A DNA stretch of 64,000 bases from Chrysemys picta bellii (taxonomy: Eukaryota). Within the stretch, counting starts at the first letter, position 1; each line of letters opens with the position of its first letter. This document shows, one piece after another, positions 35,165-45,720 of the stretch. The translations under genes and the position numbers were made by a program. Under the pieces are notes generated by a model that had not been told where the DNA came from, ran no database searches, and saw only the letters and a program-made list of their open reading frames with translations. Where the stretch lies: positions 287,060,001 to 287,124,000 of the forward strand of contig NC_088792.1 in NCBI RefSeq assembly GCF_011386835.1, given 5' to 3'.

Positions 35165-37211
35165 ATGCAGAGCTCTCCAGCAGTGATGGCCATGCAGTCT
35201 GTGAATAGAAAGAGAGCCCCAGCATGGACTGATCGTGAAGTCTTGGATCTCATCGCTGTGTGGGGCGATGAGTCCGTGCTTTCCGAGCTGCGATCCAAAA
35301 GAAGGAATGCAAAGATCTACGAGAAGATCTCTAAAGACATGGCAGAGAGAGGATACAGCCGGGATGCAACGCAGTGCCGCGTGAAAATCAAGGAGCTGAG
35401 ACAAGGGTACCAGAAGACCAAAGAGGCAAACGGACGCTCCGGATCCCATCCCCAGACATCCCGTTTCTACGAGGCACTGCATTCCATCCTCGGTGCTGCC
35501 GCCACCACTACCCCACCAGTGACCGTGGACTCTGAGGATGGGATACTGTCCACGGCCGGTTCCTCAGACATGTTAGGGGACGGGGAAGATGAGGAAGGAG
35601 ATGAGGAGGGCGAGGCAGTTGGCAGCTCTCACAACGCTGATTTCCCCGACAGCCAGGATCTCTTCATCACCCTTACAGAGATCCCCTACGAAGCATCCCC
35701 AGCCATTACCCCGGACACAGAATCTGGTGAAGGATCAGCCAGTAAGTGTTGTAAACATCTAAACATTTATTTTTAACAAAACAGGAATATTAACAATTAA
35801 AAGAATGGGTTGTTCATGATTAGTGTGCCCTAGGCGCTTAACGGTTTAGTAAGGGGCAGTGCAAGTTTTGAAAAGAAATCTAGCAATGTCCGGTTTTCAG
35901 TGATTGTCCTGCACAAGCCGCTCTACTGTGTATTCCCTGCTACTGCAGCTACAGTAAAATGCGGTCTATATGTGCGGGGATAGAGCAGTAATCCTCCTGG
36001 GACATCTCGATGAAGCTCTCCTGGAGGTAACTTGAAAGCCGTTGCATGAGGTTCTTGGGGAGAGCGGCCTTATTGGGTCCTCCGAAGTACGACACGTTGC
36101 CGCGCCACGAGATTATCAGGTACTCGGGGATCATTGCTCTGCACAGCAGGGCGGCATACGGCCCTGGTCTTTGGAGGCTTTCCCGGAGCATTCTCTCTTT
36201 GTCGCTCTCGGAGATCCTCATCAGGGTGATGTCGGCCATGGTGACCTGCTTTTAATTAGGTAGGGGAATGTTAGTGTTGGGACTGCTTTCCCGTTCCTTT
36301 ACAGAACTGTCACCGCTGGTTTGCAGCCACGCGGTGGAGGCGGGAGAGGGGCAGCCGAAAGGGATCGTTCCCGGGGACAGCCGCGAGGGGGTGGGACAGG
36401 GGCAGAGTTCCCGCTTGCCGGATTGCTGGCAGCAGGGACTGACATTGATTTAAATGTGAAATGAGGCCAGTGGTAATATAAAAGTTTTAAACTGCCACAA
36501 GTGTACGGCTTACCATGTCTGCCTGCAACAGAAATTCCGTTGTGCTGCCTCGCTTCTCAAATGTGCTGTTCAAGACCCCAGGCACAGAATGCGAAGGCCG
36601 AGAATTCGACCTTGTGCTGAGTGCGCATGTGAAAGGTGCTGTGCATGGTCTTGTTCACAGAGAAAGACTATGTTCTTTGTTCACAACTACATTTATCTTT
36701 CAGAGGAATTCACTCCCTTTTTCCCATTTCCACAGCCCCGTCTGCGACTGTCTCACAACCTAGCCTGGAATCACACTCCCAGAGGCTAGCGCGGATTAGG
36801 CGTAGGAAGAAGAGGACACGGGAGGACATGTTCTCTGAGCTTATGGCCTCTTCCCAAGCCCAGGCAGCACAGCAGACCCAGTGGCGGGAGAACTTGACCC
36901 GAATGCACCAAGCCAACATGGATCGGGAGGAGAGGTGGCGGCAGGAAGACCAGCAGGCGACTCTAACGCTGCTTGGACTACTGAGGGAGCAAACGGACAC
37001 ACTCCGGCGCCTTGTGGATGTTCTGCAGGAACGGAGGCAGGAGGACAGAGCCCCGCTGCAGTCCATCTCTAACCGCCCTCCCCCGCCACCAAGTCCCATA
37101 CCCACCTCACCCAAAGTGCAAAGAAGGAGAGGCGGCAGAGTCCCTGCTAACTCTCACTCCACCCCTGCAGAGAGCTCTAGTAGCAGAAGGCTCTCATTTC
37201 CCAAAATTTGA
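35165..37211 (+). CDS. Harbinger Myb/SANT (trihelix-like) DNA-binding protein, two exons 35165-35741 and 36736-37211, 350 aa
   Basis: RKRAPAWTDREVLDLIAVWG..RGYSRDATQCRVKIKELRQGY. A GT donor at 35742 and AG acceptor at 36734-36735 join in frame (1053 bp). Predicted coiled-coil C-terminus; AATAAA at 37283-37288. The start ATG is uncertain (35165, 35186 or 35192). Confidence 0.88.
35949..36239 (-). CDS. Candidate BEN-domain protein (96 aa) nested antisense in the Myb gene intron
   Basis: YAALLCRAMIP..GNVSYFGGPNKAALPKNLMQRLSSYLQESFIEMSQEDYCSIPAHID aligns by eye with the BANP-type BEN pattern. Strong Kozak context gtcaccATGG, upstream AG acceptor with CTAAC branch point, downstream AATAAA (minus 35766-35771). 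Confidence 0.6.
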   Translation of the reverse strand: MADITLMRISESDKERMLRESLQRPGPYAALLCRAMIPEYLIISWRGNVSYFGGPNKAALPKNLMQRLSSYLQESFIEMSQEDYCSIPAHIDRILL

Positions 37212-37960
37212 AAAGTTCTTTCCTTCCCGCCTGACACAAGCCCACGTCCAAGTTTCACCTCCCAATGCCATGTGTAGTTGATAATAAAAAATTCGTTTCT
37301 GTTAACTACTGTTTCAATCATGTTCTTTTGGAGGAGGAGGGGAAAGGGGGTTGGAAATTGGACAGGACAGTCTCCTTTGGCAGGGTACATAGTCGGGGGC
37401 AGGCACAGCAGCAGGGCACATACACAGTGCAGTGATGCAGTGACTAGTTGCCCCGGTTAGTCTGGGAGGTTGTTTTGATGTAATGTTGGGGGGGGTGGGT
37501 TGCTCTGTGACTTTGTGGCGGGGGAGGGCAGTTACAGATCTTAAGCGCCGGTCCTTAGACAGGATCACAGAGCCACACAGCATGGGATCTGTAACCGTCC
37601 TCCCCCTGCCACAAAGTCAAATAGACCTCCCATACACACAGTCCCGATCAGGAGGGGTGACAGGCTCCGTTGAAACAAGCATCCCACCGCAGCGGAGCCT
37701 GTCAATCCTTGAGTTTAGAAGCTGCATTCGCATCACAACACTAGACCCGCCCCGCACCACAGTCTGCGTCCCAGTTTTAAAAAATTCCCGCTAAAACAGT
37801 ATTAAAGAAAACGGTGTGCTTTAACAAAGTAGAACTATTTTTATTTCGACACGTGTGTTGGAGGGGGGGTGAAGGGGGTATGTAACTGGATAGGATAGTC
37901 AACATTACCTGGGTAAAGAAACGGGGGCAGGTTTAGCTTCTCAGTACACAAACTATAAAA

Positions 37961-39244
37961 TCACAGGTTACCCTGCTCACTCAGGAACTTTGCTTTCAAA
38001 GCCTCCCGGATGCACAGCGCTTCCCGCTGGTCTCTTCTAATCGCCCGGCTGTCTGGCTGTGAGTAATCACCAGCCAGGCTATTTTCCTCAACCTCCCACC
38101 CCGCCATAAAGGTCTCCCCCTTGCTCTCACAGAGATTGTGGAGCACACAGCAAGCTGCTATAACAATGGGGATATTGGTTTCGCTGAGATCACAGCGAGT
38201 CAGTAAGCTTCTCCATCTCCCCTTGAGACGGCCAAAAGCACACTCCACCACCATTCTGCACTTGCTCAGCCGGTAGTTGAAGAGTTCTTTTTCAGTGTCC
38301 AGGGCGCCAGTATAGGGCTTCATGAGCCAGGGCATTAGCGGGTAGGCTGGGTCCCCGAGGATGACTATAGGCATCTCCACATCCCCAACAGTTATTTTGT
38401 GGTCCGGGAAGTAAATACCTTGTTGCAGCCGTCTAAACAGACCAGAGTTCCTGAAAACACGAGCGTCATGAACCTTGCCCGGCCATCCCACGTAGATGTT
38501 GGTAAAACGTCCCCTGTGGTCCACCAGTGCTTGCAGCACCATGGAAAAGTATCCCTTTCGGTTAATGTACTGGGTGGCCTGGTGGTCCGGTGCCAGGATA
38601 GGGATGTGAGTTCCATCTATGGCCCCACCGCAGTTTGGGAATCCCATCGCTGCGAAGCCATCTATGATCGCCTCCACGTTTCCCAGGGTCACTACCTTTG
38701 GCAGCAGTACATCAACGATTGCCTTCGCTACTTGCATCACAACAACCCCCACGGTAGATTTGCCCACCCCAAACTGGTTCGCGACTGACCGGTAGCTGTC
38801 TGGCGTTGCAAGCTTCCACAGGGCTATGGCCACTCGCTTCTGTACACTCAGTGCAGCTCGCAACCGGGTGTCACTGCGCTTCAGGGCAGGGGACAGCAAC
38901 TCACAAAGTTCCAGGAAAGTTCCCTTCCGCATGCGAAAGTTTCGCAGCCACTGGGATTCATCCCAGACCTGCAGCACTATGCGGTCCCACCACTCAGTGC
39001 TTGTTTCCCGTGCCCAGAATCGCCGTTCCACGGCATCAACATGACCCATTGCCACTGTGATGTCCTCGGCGCTGGGTCGCCTGCTTTCTGACAGGTCTGT
39101 GCTACTCTCAGACTTCAGGACATCACCGCGGTGCCGTAGCCTCCTTGCCTGACTTTTCTGCATCTGCCTCAGGGAAACCTTTATGATAAGCTGCGAGACG
39201 TTGAGAGCGGCCACAACTGCAGCGATGGTCGCAGCGGGCTCCAT
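37961..39244 (-). CDS. Harbinger (HARBI1-like) DDE transposase, 427 aa, uninterrupted
   Basis: GAIDGTHIPI, KGYFSMVLQALVDHRGRF, WPGKVHDARVF, ILGDPAYPL and RMVVECAFGRLKGRWR are all present. AATAAA on minus at 37840-37845. Confidence 0.95.
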   Translation of the reverse strand: MEPAATIAAVVAALNVSQLIIKVSLRQMQKSQARRLRHRGDVLKSESSTDLSESRRPSAEDITVAMGHVDAVERRFWARETSTEWWDRIVLQVWDESQWLRNFRMRKGTFLELCELLSPALKRSDTRLRAALSVQKRVAIALWKLATPDSYRSVANQFGVGKSTVGVVVMQVAKAIVDVLLPKVVTLGNVEAIIDGFAAMGFPNCGGAIDGTHIPILAPDHQATQYINRKGYFSMVLQALVDHRGRFTNIYVGWPGKVHDARVFRNSGLFRRLQQGIYFPDHKITVGDVEMPIVILGDPAYPLMPWLMKPYTGALDTEKELFNYRLSKCRMVVECAFGRLKGRWRSLLTRCDLSETNIPIVIAACCVLHNLCESKGETFMAGWEVEENSLAGDYSQPDSRAIRRDQREALCIREALKAKFLSEQGNL

Positions 39245-41692
39245 GCTCGGAGTACAGTGGCGTCCGCGCTGTCAATGACTGGAAAAGCGCGCGAACTGTT
39301 TTCCCGCCGGCGCTTTCAGGGAGGGAGGGCGGGAGTGATGGACGGATGACGACAGTTTCCCAAAAGCACCCTCGACTCATTTTGTTACCCAGAAGGCATT
39401 GCCGGCTACACCCAGAATTCCAATGGGCAGAGGGGACTGCGGGAACTGTGGGATAGCTGACCACAGTGCACCGCTTCGAATGTCGACGCTATCACCGTTA
39501 GTGTGGACGCACAAAGTCGAATTACTGTCCTTAGTGTGGACACACACGTTCGACTTTGCAATATCGATTACAAAAATTCGATGCAAGTAAAATCGAACTA
39601 CTCTCGTAGTGTAGACAAGGCCTAAGAAATCTAATAGGATTAAGTTAGAGAATGGTGAGGGGACAGCCTTAGAAAGCCTGAATCCTCAGAAAAGTGTATT
39701 TTTTTATGATTTTGAATACACGCAGGAGACTGGGTTGCACACTCCCAATTACATTTTTGCTATGTCCCTAAAGCCGGAAAAGTCCTGGAATTTAAGGGCG
39801 ATGAGTGTCTTTCTATGGCTGTTAAGACCTTTATTGGCAAAGAGTTCCAGGACTACACATTCCTAGTGCACAATTCCAAAGGTTACCATGTGTACGTCAT
39901 CGTTAGCCAGTTAGTGAAGGAAAAGATGTGCCTAGAATTGATCACTCAGGGAAGTAAACTAATGTATGTGGAAGTTAAGGTCCTGGGCATTCGTTTTATA
40001 GACTCTTTAAACTTCTTGCCCATGAAGCTTAGCAAGCTCCTGCAGGTGATGGGGTTTGAAAGGTGCAAAGGGTATTTTCCACATTTTTTTAACACTTGAG
40101 AAAAATCAAAATTACATGGGGCCTATGCCCGGCGTGGAGCACTATGGTGTAGAAAGCATGATGCCCAGGGAAAAAGCAGAGTTTCTCGACTGGTATCGGG
40201 ACCACAGGTATGAGATGTTTGACTTGCAGAAAGAGCTCGCGTATTACTGTGAGCAGATGTCAAAATTTTGAGACAGGCTTGTATCCTATACAGAGAAGAG
40301 ATTATGAAAATGACGGAGAAGGGAGATATAGTAGAGAGAGGACCTGGTAAATTCACTGAGATAAAACTGTGTATAGACAAACGATATCCGCCTATATTAC
40401 AAACCTAACCCCAGGGAAGAAATTCACTATTATGATTTTACCAGCCTGTACCCTTTCGTAAGCAAAACCCAAGAATACCCTATCGGACACCCCAAAATAC
40501 TTTATGACAAATTTGGACCCCTTGCAAATTATTTTGGAATTGCAAAAGTTAAAATGTATCCCCCACGAGGCTTCTTTTCCCCATTGTTACCTGTCAGAGT
40601 GGGTAACAAGCTTATGTTCCCGCTATGACAAACCTGTGCTGAAACCGAGCAGCGGGAGATGTGGCACCCACACTGACGAGGAGAGGGCCATCCTGGGGAC
40701 TTGGTGCACGGTGGAATTGAATGCGGCCATAGCGAAGGGATACACAGTGGCTAAAATATATGAAATCTGGCATTTTAATGAAAAATCTGATGAACTGTTT
40801 TCGGAGTACATAAAATTACACCTCCACCAGAAACAAGAGGCTTCAGGGTATCCCAGCTGGTGCACAGACAAAGAAAAACAAAATAAGTACATTAACGATT
40901 TCTACCAGAAAGAAGGCGTGCATTTACGCCAACACGAGATCAGGTTTAACCCCGCTAAACACCAAATCGCTAAACTGTTTTTAAATTCTCTGTGGGGTAA
41001 ATTCGGCCAAAGAACAAACCTACCCAATAGCAGCATCGTGAGAAACCCTGACGAACTCTTTCAGTACCTGTTTTCCCCTCCACTACGAGGTTTCATCCTG
41101 TGAGTTTATCGACAATGAAACAGCGTGCGTGTCTTGGAAGCATGCAAAAGACTAGTACTCAGTCTCTGGAAATACCAATGTTTTCATAGCCTGTTTCACC
41201 ACTGGTTACGCCCGCTTAGAACTATACAACCTGCTAGACAGGTTGCAAGAGCGGTGCCTGTACCATGACACTGACTCGGTGAGATCTGTGAAAAGGGAGG
41301 GTGACTGGAATCACCTCTGGGGGATTATTTAGGGGACCTCACGAGCAAGATCCCGCCAGCTCAACACATCACCCAGTTTGTGTTGGCAGGCCCGAAAACA
41401 TACAGGTATAAGCTGTAGAGAGGAAAGGCCTGTATGAAAGTCAAAGGTTTTACCCTGAACGTAGCAAACTGTGAAAAGATCAACTTGGACAGTCTGAAAG
41501 ATCTAGTCCTGGACTATTGCATGGGCCTGTGAGACAACACCTCAAAAAAGATAGAGGTGCAGCAGCCCTCTATCGTAAGGAACAAAAATCAATGGCAAAT
41601 AGAGACAAAAACCCTTAATAAAACACAGAAAGTTGTTTACAACAAGAGGGTCCTAGGAGAAGGGTTTAAAACCCTGCCCCATGGCTTTTAAA

Positions 41693-41820
41693 ATGGATAC
41701 AAGGTGGAAACACCCCTTTTCTGCAATTCGTGCGGGGCCTAGCAACTGTGGGAAAAGTTACTTTATAAAGAATGTGTTGGATAATGCCAAACAAACATTG
41801 TCTGTTATGCCTGAGAATAT
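41693..41820 (+). pseudogene. Polinton packaging ATPase, N-terminal stub
   Basis: MDTRWKHPFSAIRAGPSNCGKSYFIKNVLD carries a Walker A motif directly after the pPolB stop; the rest of the gene is missing. Confidence 0.8.
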
Positions 41821-41829
41821 TGGAGAACA

Positions 41830-42374
41830 TGGCTATCAAAATCATTGCAAGATACGCATTTCTGGGCTTGTTGAAACATGTTTTGAGCAAGGCTAGGCAT
41901 GCCCAAGAATTTAAATTTAGTTTTTACAAAATTCATCACCATCCGGTCGTTTTGCACTAAGTCGTTAGAATACAATTTTTAAATCCGGTAAAAAGATAAA
42001 CCCTTGCTACAATGATGTAAGAAAAACACACAGTGATAACCGCAGGCGACAGAGCAGGGGTCTTGTAATTGTGTATTGTGAAACACAATGTCTGTGGCAT
42101 TTTTGTTTAAAAATTTCATAATGCTTTTAGGAAACAACACGCTGTTTGGGGGGTGCCAGGATGAGTCAAAAAACTCTCCACGGTTACGCTCCGCCAGATA
42201 CAAGGCGAGCCAGTGTTCACCAAGTTGGTTGCATGGATGCGTGTTGACCACCAAAGCTAGGGGTCTCTGAGATTGGCTCCCTGGCCGCAAGCTATCACAA
42301 AGGAACACATCTAAGAAATTCTTTTTCGTGTAATGGGCCATTGATAAGACATGTGAGAACTGCACGGTGTCCAT
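41830..42374 (-). pseudogene. Polinton adenain-like cysteine protease
   Basis: VNT..GEHW, FFDS and QLQ..S.ACG give the His/Asp/Gln/Cys residues. After a frameshift near 41980 the frame continues as YSNDLVQNDRMVMNFVK. Confidence 0.85.
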
Positions 42375-42376
42375 GT

Positions 42377-43656
42377 TCACATATAGTCAAAGAGAACGTT
42401 TCTCCTCTGATTTATCTCTATGACGTTGTCAAAAACCCCATACACGATCATATTGACGGTGACAGTTAAAGCCTTCCCAAAACGTATTTCTGTTCTCAGG
42501 TTCCCGGTTTTAATCAGGGAATAGTGATCGGCGCATTCCTGGTCGGGAGACGGGTCAAAGGCAAACAAGGTGTAACCCAGTGTAAACTCCTCAAGGTCGA
42601 TTAACAGAGAATGATCTTTTGTGTGTTTACCAGCTGTCTGTACCACATTCATGTATTCTCTCACGCAGCGTCCTGTCTCGAAGTCTGGTTGCAGAGGCTT
42701 GGTTGGTATCTGTTCACCATCTGCATACAAGGCCAAAAAATTAATATCATAATGTTGAAAATGAAAGGGATTTTTTGTGTAACTTCTGCTAAAGGCATCA
42801 TTATCCACAAACCCCAGGACAAGCATTTTGGGTAAGTGTCCCAAAAACAGGTTCTCTTGGTTACTGACCCTGCTTCTCGCGGGGATGCTAAACACTTTCA
42901 TTCTCACACGGTCCATGGGATATTTAGCATTAGCGGTAAGCAGGGCCTCCACGTGCCCCAGATGAACACTCGGGGCCACCTGTACTTTCTTCACAAAAAG
43001 GGATGCTGACACAATGCCATTAAACAGAAGGCGCCTTTACTGCGTGTCAGTTTAATTTTCACATCCACTCCGTTCAATAAAAGTTTTTCTTGAAAAAACA
43101 GGTCGCTGCGTAGATGACCCAGCAGCTCTACCGTCCTGCTCTGGGCAGTCAGCTTTGCACGCCTCACAAACCCTAGATTCCCGCCATCCAACTCTGTTTC
43201 TTCGTCTTGTCTGGCAGTGTCTTTGTAAAACAGGCCAGTGGAAAATTGCGTGGTAAAGGTGTCGGCGCTGTAATTGAGCGCCGATTCTATAAAGGCCCTG
43301 TAAGGGTAACAGTTGTTGCTTTGGCTTACAAGGCCGTCTCCCAGTGTGACATCCAACTGACTGAAAACAGAGGCCACGGGATAATTCACCAGGCCCACTT
43401 CGGCGTCCATGACGAGTTCAGTTCCGTCTCCTTTTACAATCTTGCAACATAGATACAGCAGTGTGTTGTTTCAATCCATATAATCGATGCCATTCTGTGC
43501 TATAAAAACATCAATGGGGACAGACTTCGTAACAGCCGATAGAGGCGGCACCTCGATGTAGATGCTTTTCTCAATGCTGGTCTGGGTAGGGGCTATTTGA
43601 AACAAGTCTAGTTCGGATTTGGTGCACTCTTCAGACCCGCAGTGAACAAAAGCCAT
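42377..43656 (-). pseudogene. Polinton major capsid protein (PY, double jelly-roll), disrupted
   Basis: MAFVHCGSEECTKSELDLFQIAPTQTSIE start, then SDLFFQEKLLLNGVDVKIKL and NPFHF..YADGEQIP..PLQPDF. A stop at 43471 and a frame break near 43015. Confidence 0.88.
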
Positions 43657-43661
43657 GTTGA

Positions 43662-43865
43662 TTAAAATATCTCTCTTTTACTAGGCGGAGAGCGTCTTCT
43701 CTTTTGCCCAGGCTTCCTCTTGGACTTTCGCTTATGGCTGGCCCTGCGCATCAAAGCCCTTCTTTTAAAGGGTATTGGGGGACCTGTGCATTGCAGGTAT
43801 AATACATTTCTCTTTCTCTTCCTCCTTTTAATGTACATCAGCCCCAATCCCTCCTGTGAAGCTGT
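43662..43865 (-). pseudogene. Polinton PZ-like basic protein, C-terminal part
   Basis: QEGLGL followed by a K/R-rich tail ending KREIF immediately upstream of the capsid ATG; called from position and composition. Confidence 0.55.
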
Positions 43866-44047
43866 ATTCGAGCCGGTTTGTGTAAAGTGTAAGCATCCTG
43901 GTCTGAAAGCCAAGCTGTTGCCTGTCTTCTAGTTCAAGTTTTACTATGCTTTTTGGCCACTTGAAAAAGAGGATTCACCGCGCCAAAGCTCCCAACTTCC
44001 CTAGGGGTATAATATATTTTCTTAAACAGAGTCATCTGTGGAGACAT
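43866..44047 (-). pseudogene. Polinton retroviral-like integrase, N-terminal stub
   Basis: Manual translation MSPQMTLFKKIYYTPREVGSFGAVNPLFQVAKKHSKT*TRRQATAWLSDQDAYTLHKPAR matches the IYY.P..GSFG...WL..QD.YTLHKP N-terminus of Polinton integrases. The catalytic core is absent. Confidence 0.75.
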
Positions 44048-44859
44048 GACTGTTCCCAGTACCGTCTTTTACTAACACAAGTATGGAGGGGGACACATTC
44101 ATATGGACACATTTCAATAAGTTTTATTAATTGCCTGGTTTAACACAACCTTTTACAGCCGCCTGTAAAAATGGATGCCATAACCCCTACAATGAGGGAG
44201 TCTGATCTGGTTCATTCTTCTATTTTGTCCTTTTCTGGATTTTCCTTTTGAGATCTGTATCTCAGACAGGAGCAAAAACAGCTGATGCATGATATATTTA
44301 CTTCCACAGGGCTACCGATGTGTAAGTTCTCAAAGGCCTCTAGAAAGGCATCGTCGACCTGTTGAGAGATTTTCAGACAAAAAACAGAGTAAGCACCCCA
44401 CTGCTTGTTTTTAGATTTATGCAATGTCAGGTCGATTCCTAACCCCATTACACCCCCATGATCAACCGTCGCTTTTTAATCATTCATTTACCTGCGCGAC
44501 GTCTTTCCCGTTCACCTTGTCCGCTGGTGACTCCCCCAAGCCATGATCCTCTTCCAACTTTAGGGGGGTGGACAATGAGAGGCCGTCACACTCATTGGGG
44601 TGCCTCACGAAGGTTTAGGTTTTGGGGTCGGGTTCCAAGGTATCTACCAACGGTGGAGGCAAAGGGCCCTCCTTTGAACTGTCACTGCTGTAGCACTTTC
44701 TCCATACAAGTCCAAAGGTCCTCGGGGCTAAAACAAAGTCTGAAGTTCTCATGGGGGTGGTAGAGGAGTCCATGTTTCCTCTCAGCCTTTCCACAATTTC
44801 TAAAACACGTCTTCTTGGTAAGAGATTGCCTCCTCTGCCCGGTACTGGGACTTATGGGG

Positions 44860-45720
44860 TGATGGTTCTGCACTCTGATTGGCAGAGGGCGTTGGGAGGA
44901 GTCCTTAGAGGGGTCACATGACCCTCTTCTGGGTGGTTCACCCCATCCAAGAACCTGGCCTATTTTGGCCAAATCTCCTCTTGGGGCGGTCCTCTGCAGC
45001 CAAAACCCATCGCAATCGGTAAAGGGTGGTGGGAGGAGTTCTTAGAGGGGTCACACGAAACACTTCTGGATGGGTCACCCCGCCCTGGAACTCCCCCCAG
45101 TTGGTCAAATCTCTTGGGGTGATCCCCAATGGCTGAAACCCCTCCTGATTGGTAGAGGGTGGTGGCAGGAGTTCTTAGAAGGGTCACACAAACCATTTCC
45201 AGACAGGTCACCCTGCCCCGGAACGCCCCTTGATTGGTCAAATCTTCTCTCGGGACATTCCTATCAGGGTGAAACCCATCCTGATTGGTAGAGGACAGTG
45301 GGAGTTCTTAGAGGGGTCACATGAACCATTTCCAGACAGGTCACCCCGCCCTGGAACTCCCCCCAGTTGGTCAAATCTCTTGGGGTGGTCCCCAGTGGCT
45401 GAAACCCCTCCTGATTGGTAGAGGGCGGTGGCAGGAGTTCTTAGAAGGGTCACACAAACCATTTCCAGACAGGTCACTCTGCCCCGGAACTCCCCTTGAT
45501 TGGTCAAATCTTCTCTCGGGGCGTTCCTATCAGGGTGAAACCCATCCTGATTGGTAGAGGACAGTGGGAGGAGTTCTTAGAGGGGTCACATGAACCATTT
45601 CCAGACAGGGCACCCTGCCCTGGAACTCCCCCCAGTTGGTCAAATCTCCTCTTGGGGTGGTCCCCAGTGGCTGAAACCCCTCCTGATTGGTAGAGGGTAG
45701 TGGGAGGAGTTCTTAGAGGG
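44860..45720. repeat. Tandem array of about 133-137 bp units inside the Polinton right TIR
   Basis: The anchor ggagt(t/c)cttaga(g/a)ggg(t/c)c occurs 7 times, with alternating unit variants; each unit has ctgattggt-type CCAAT motifs. Confidence 0.85.

Larger units (their letters stand above)
34769..39622. mobile_element. Autonomous PIF/Harbinger DNA transposon (4854 bp), structurally intact
   Basis: TIRs GGCCTGGTCTACACTA / TAGTGTAGACAAGGCC (15/16); TAA duplicated at 34766-34768 and 39623-39625; the mirror arm has the empty site ttttgTAAgaaatc (about 560-575). Confidence 0.97.
17904..40200. repeat. Right arm of the inverted segmental duplication
   Basis: Reverse-complement match to 1..12931, apart from arm-specific sequence at 26982-30897, the Harbinger at 34769-39622 and a longer minisatellite at about 18870-20000. 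Confidence 0.95.
34258..41691 (+). pseudogene. Polinton protein-primed DNA polymerase (pPolB), fragmented and interrupted by the Harbinger
   Basis: Exo motifs FFYDFEYTQ and HNSKG; motif A YYDFTSLYPF (about 40425-40455); motif B KLFLNSLWGKFGQR (about 40970-41015); motif C YHDTDS (41261-41278); KVKGFTLN; ends TLPHGF* at 41691. Several frameshifts and stops. Confidence 0.92.

Noticed and set aside
44860-45720. Regularly spaced repeats resembling a CRISPR array
   Set aside because: The units are whole tandem copies without unique spacers, inside a eukaryotic transposon TIR, and there are no cas genes.
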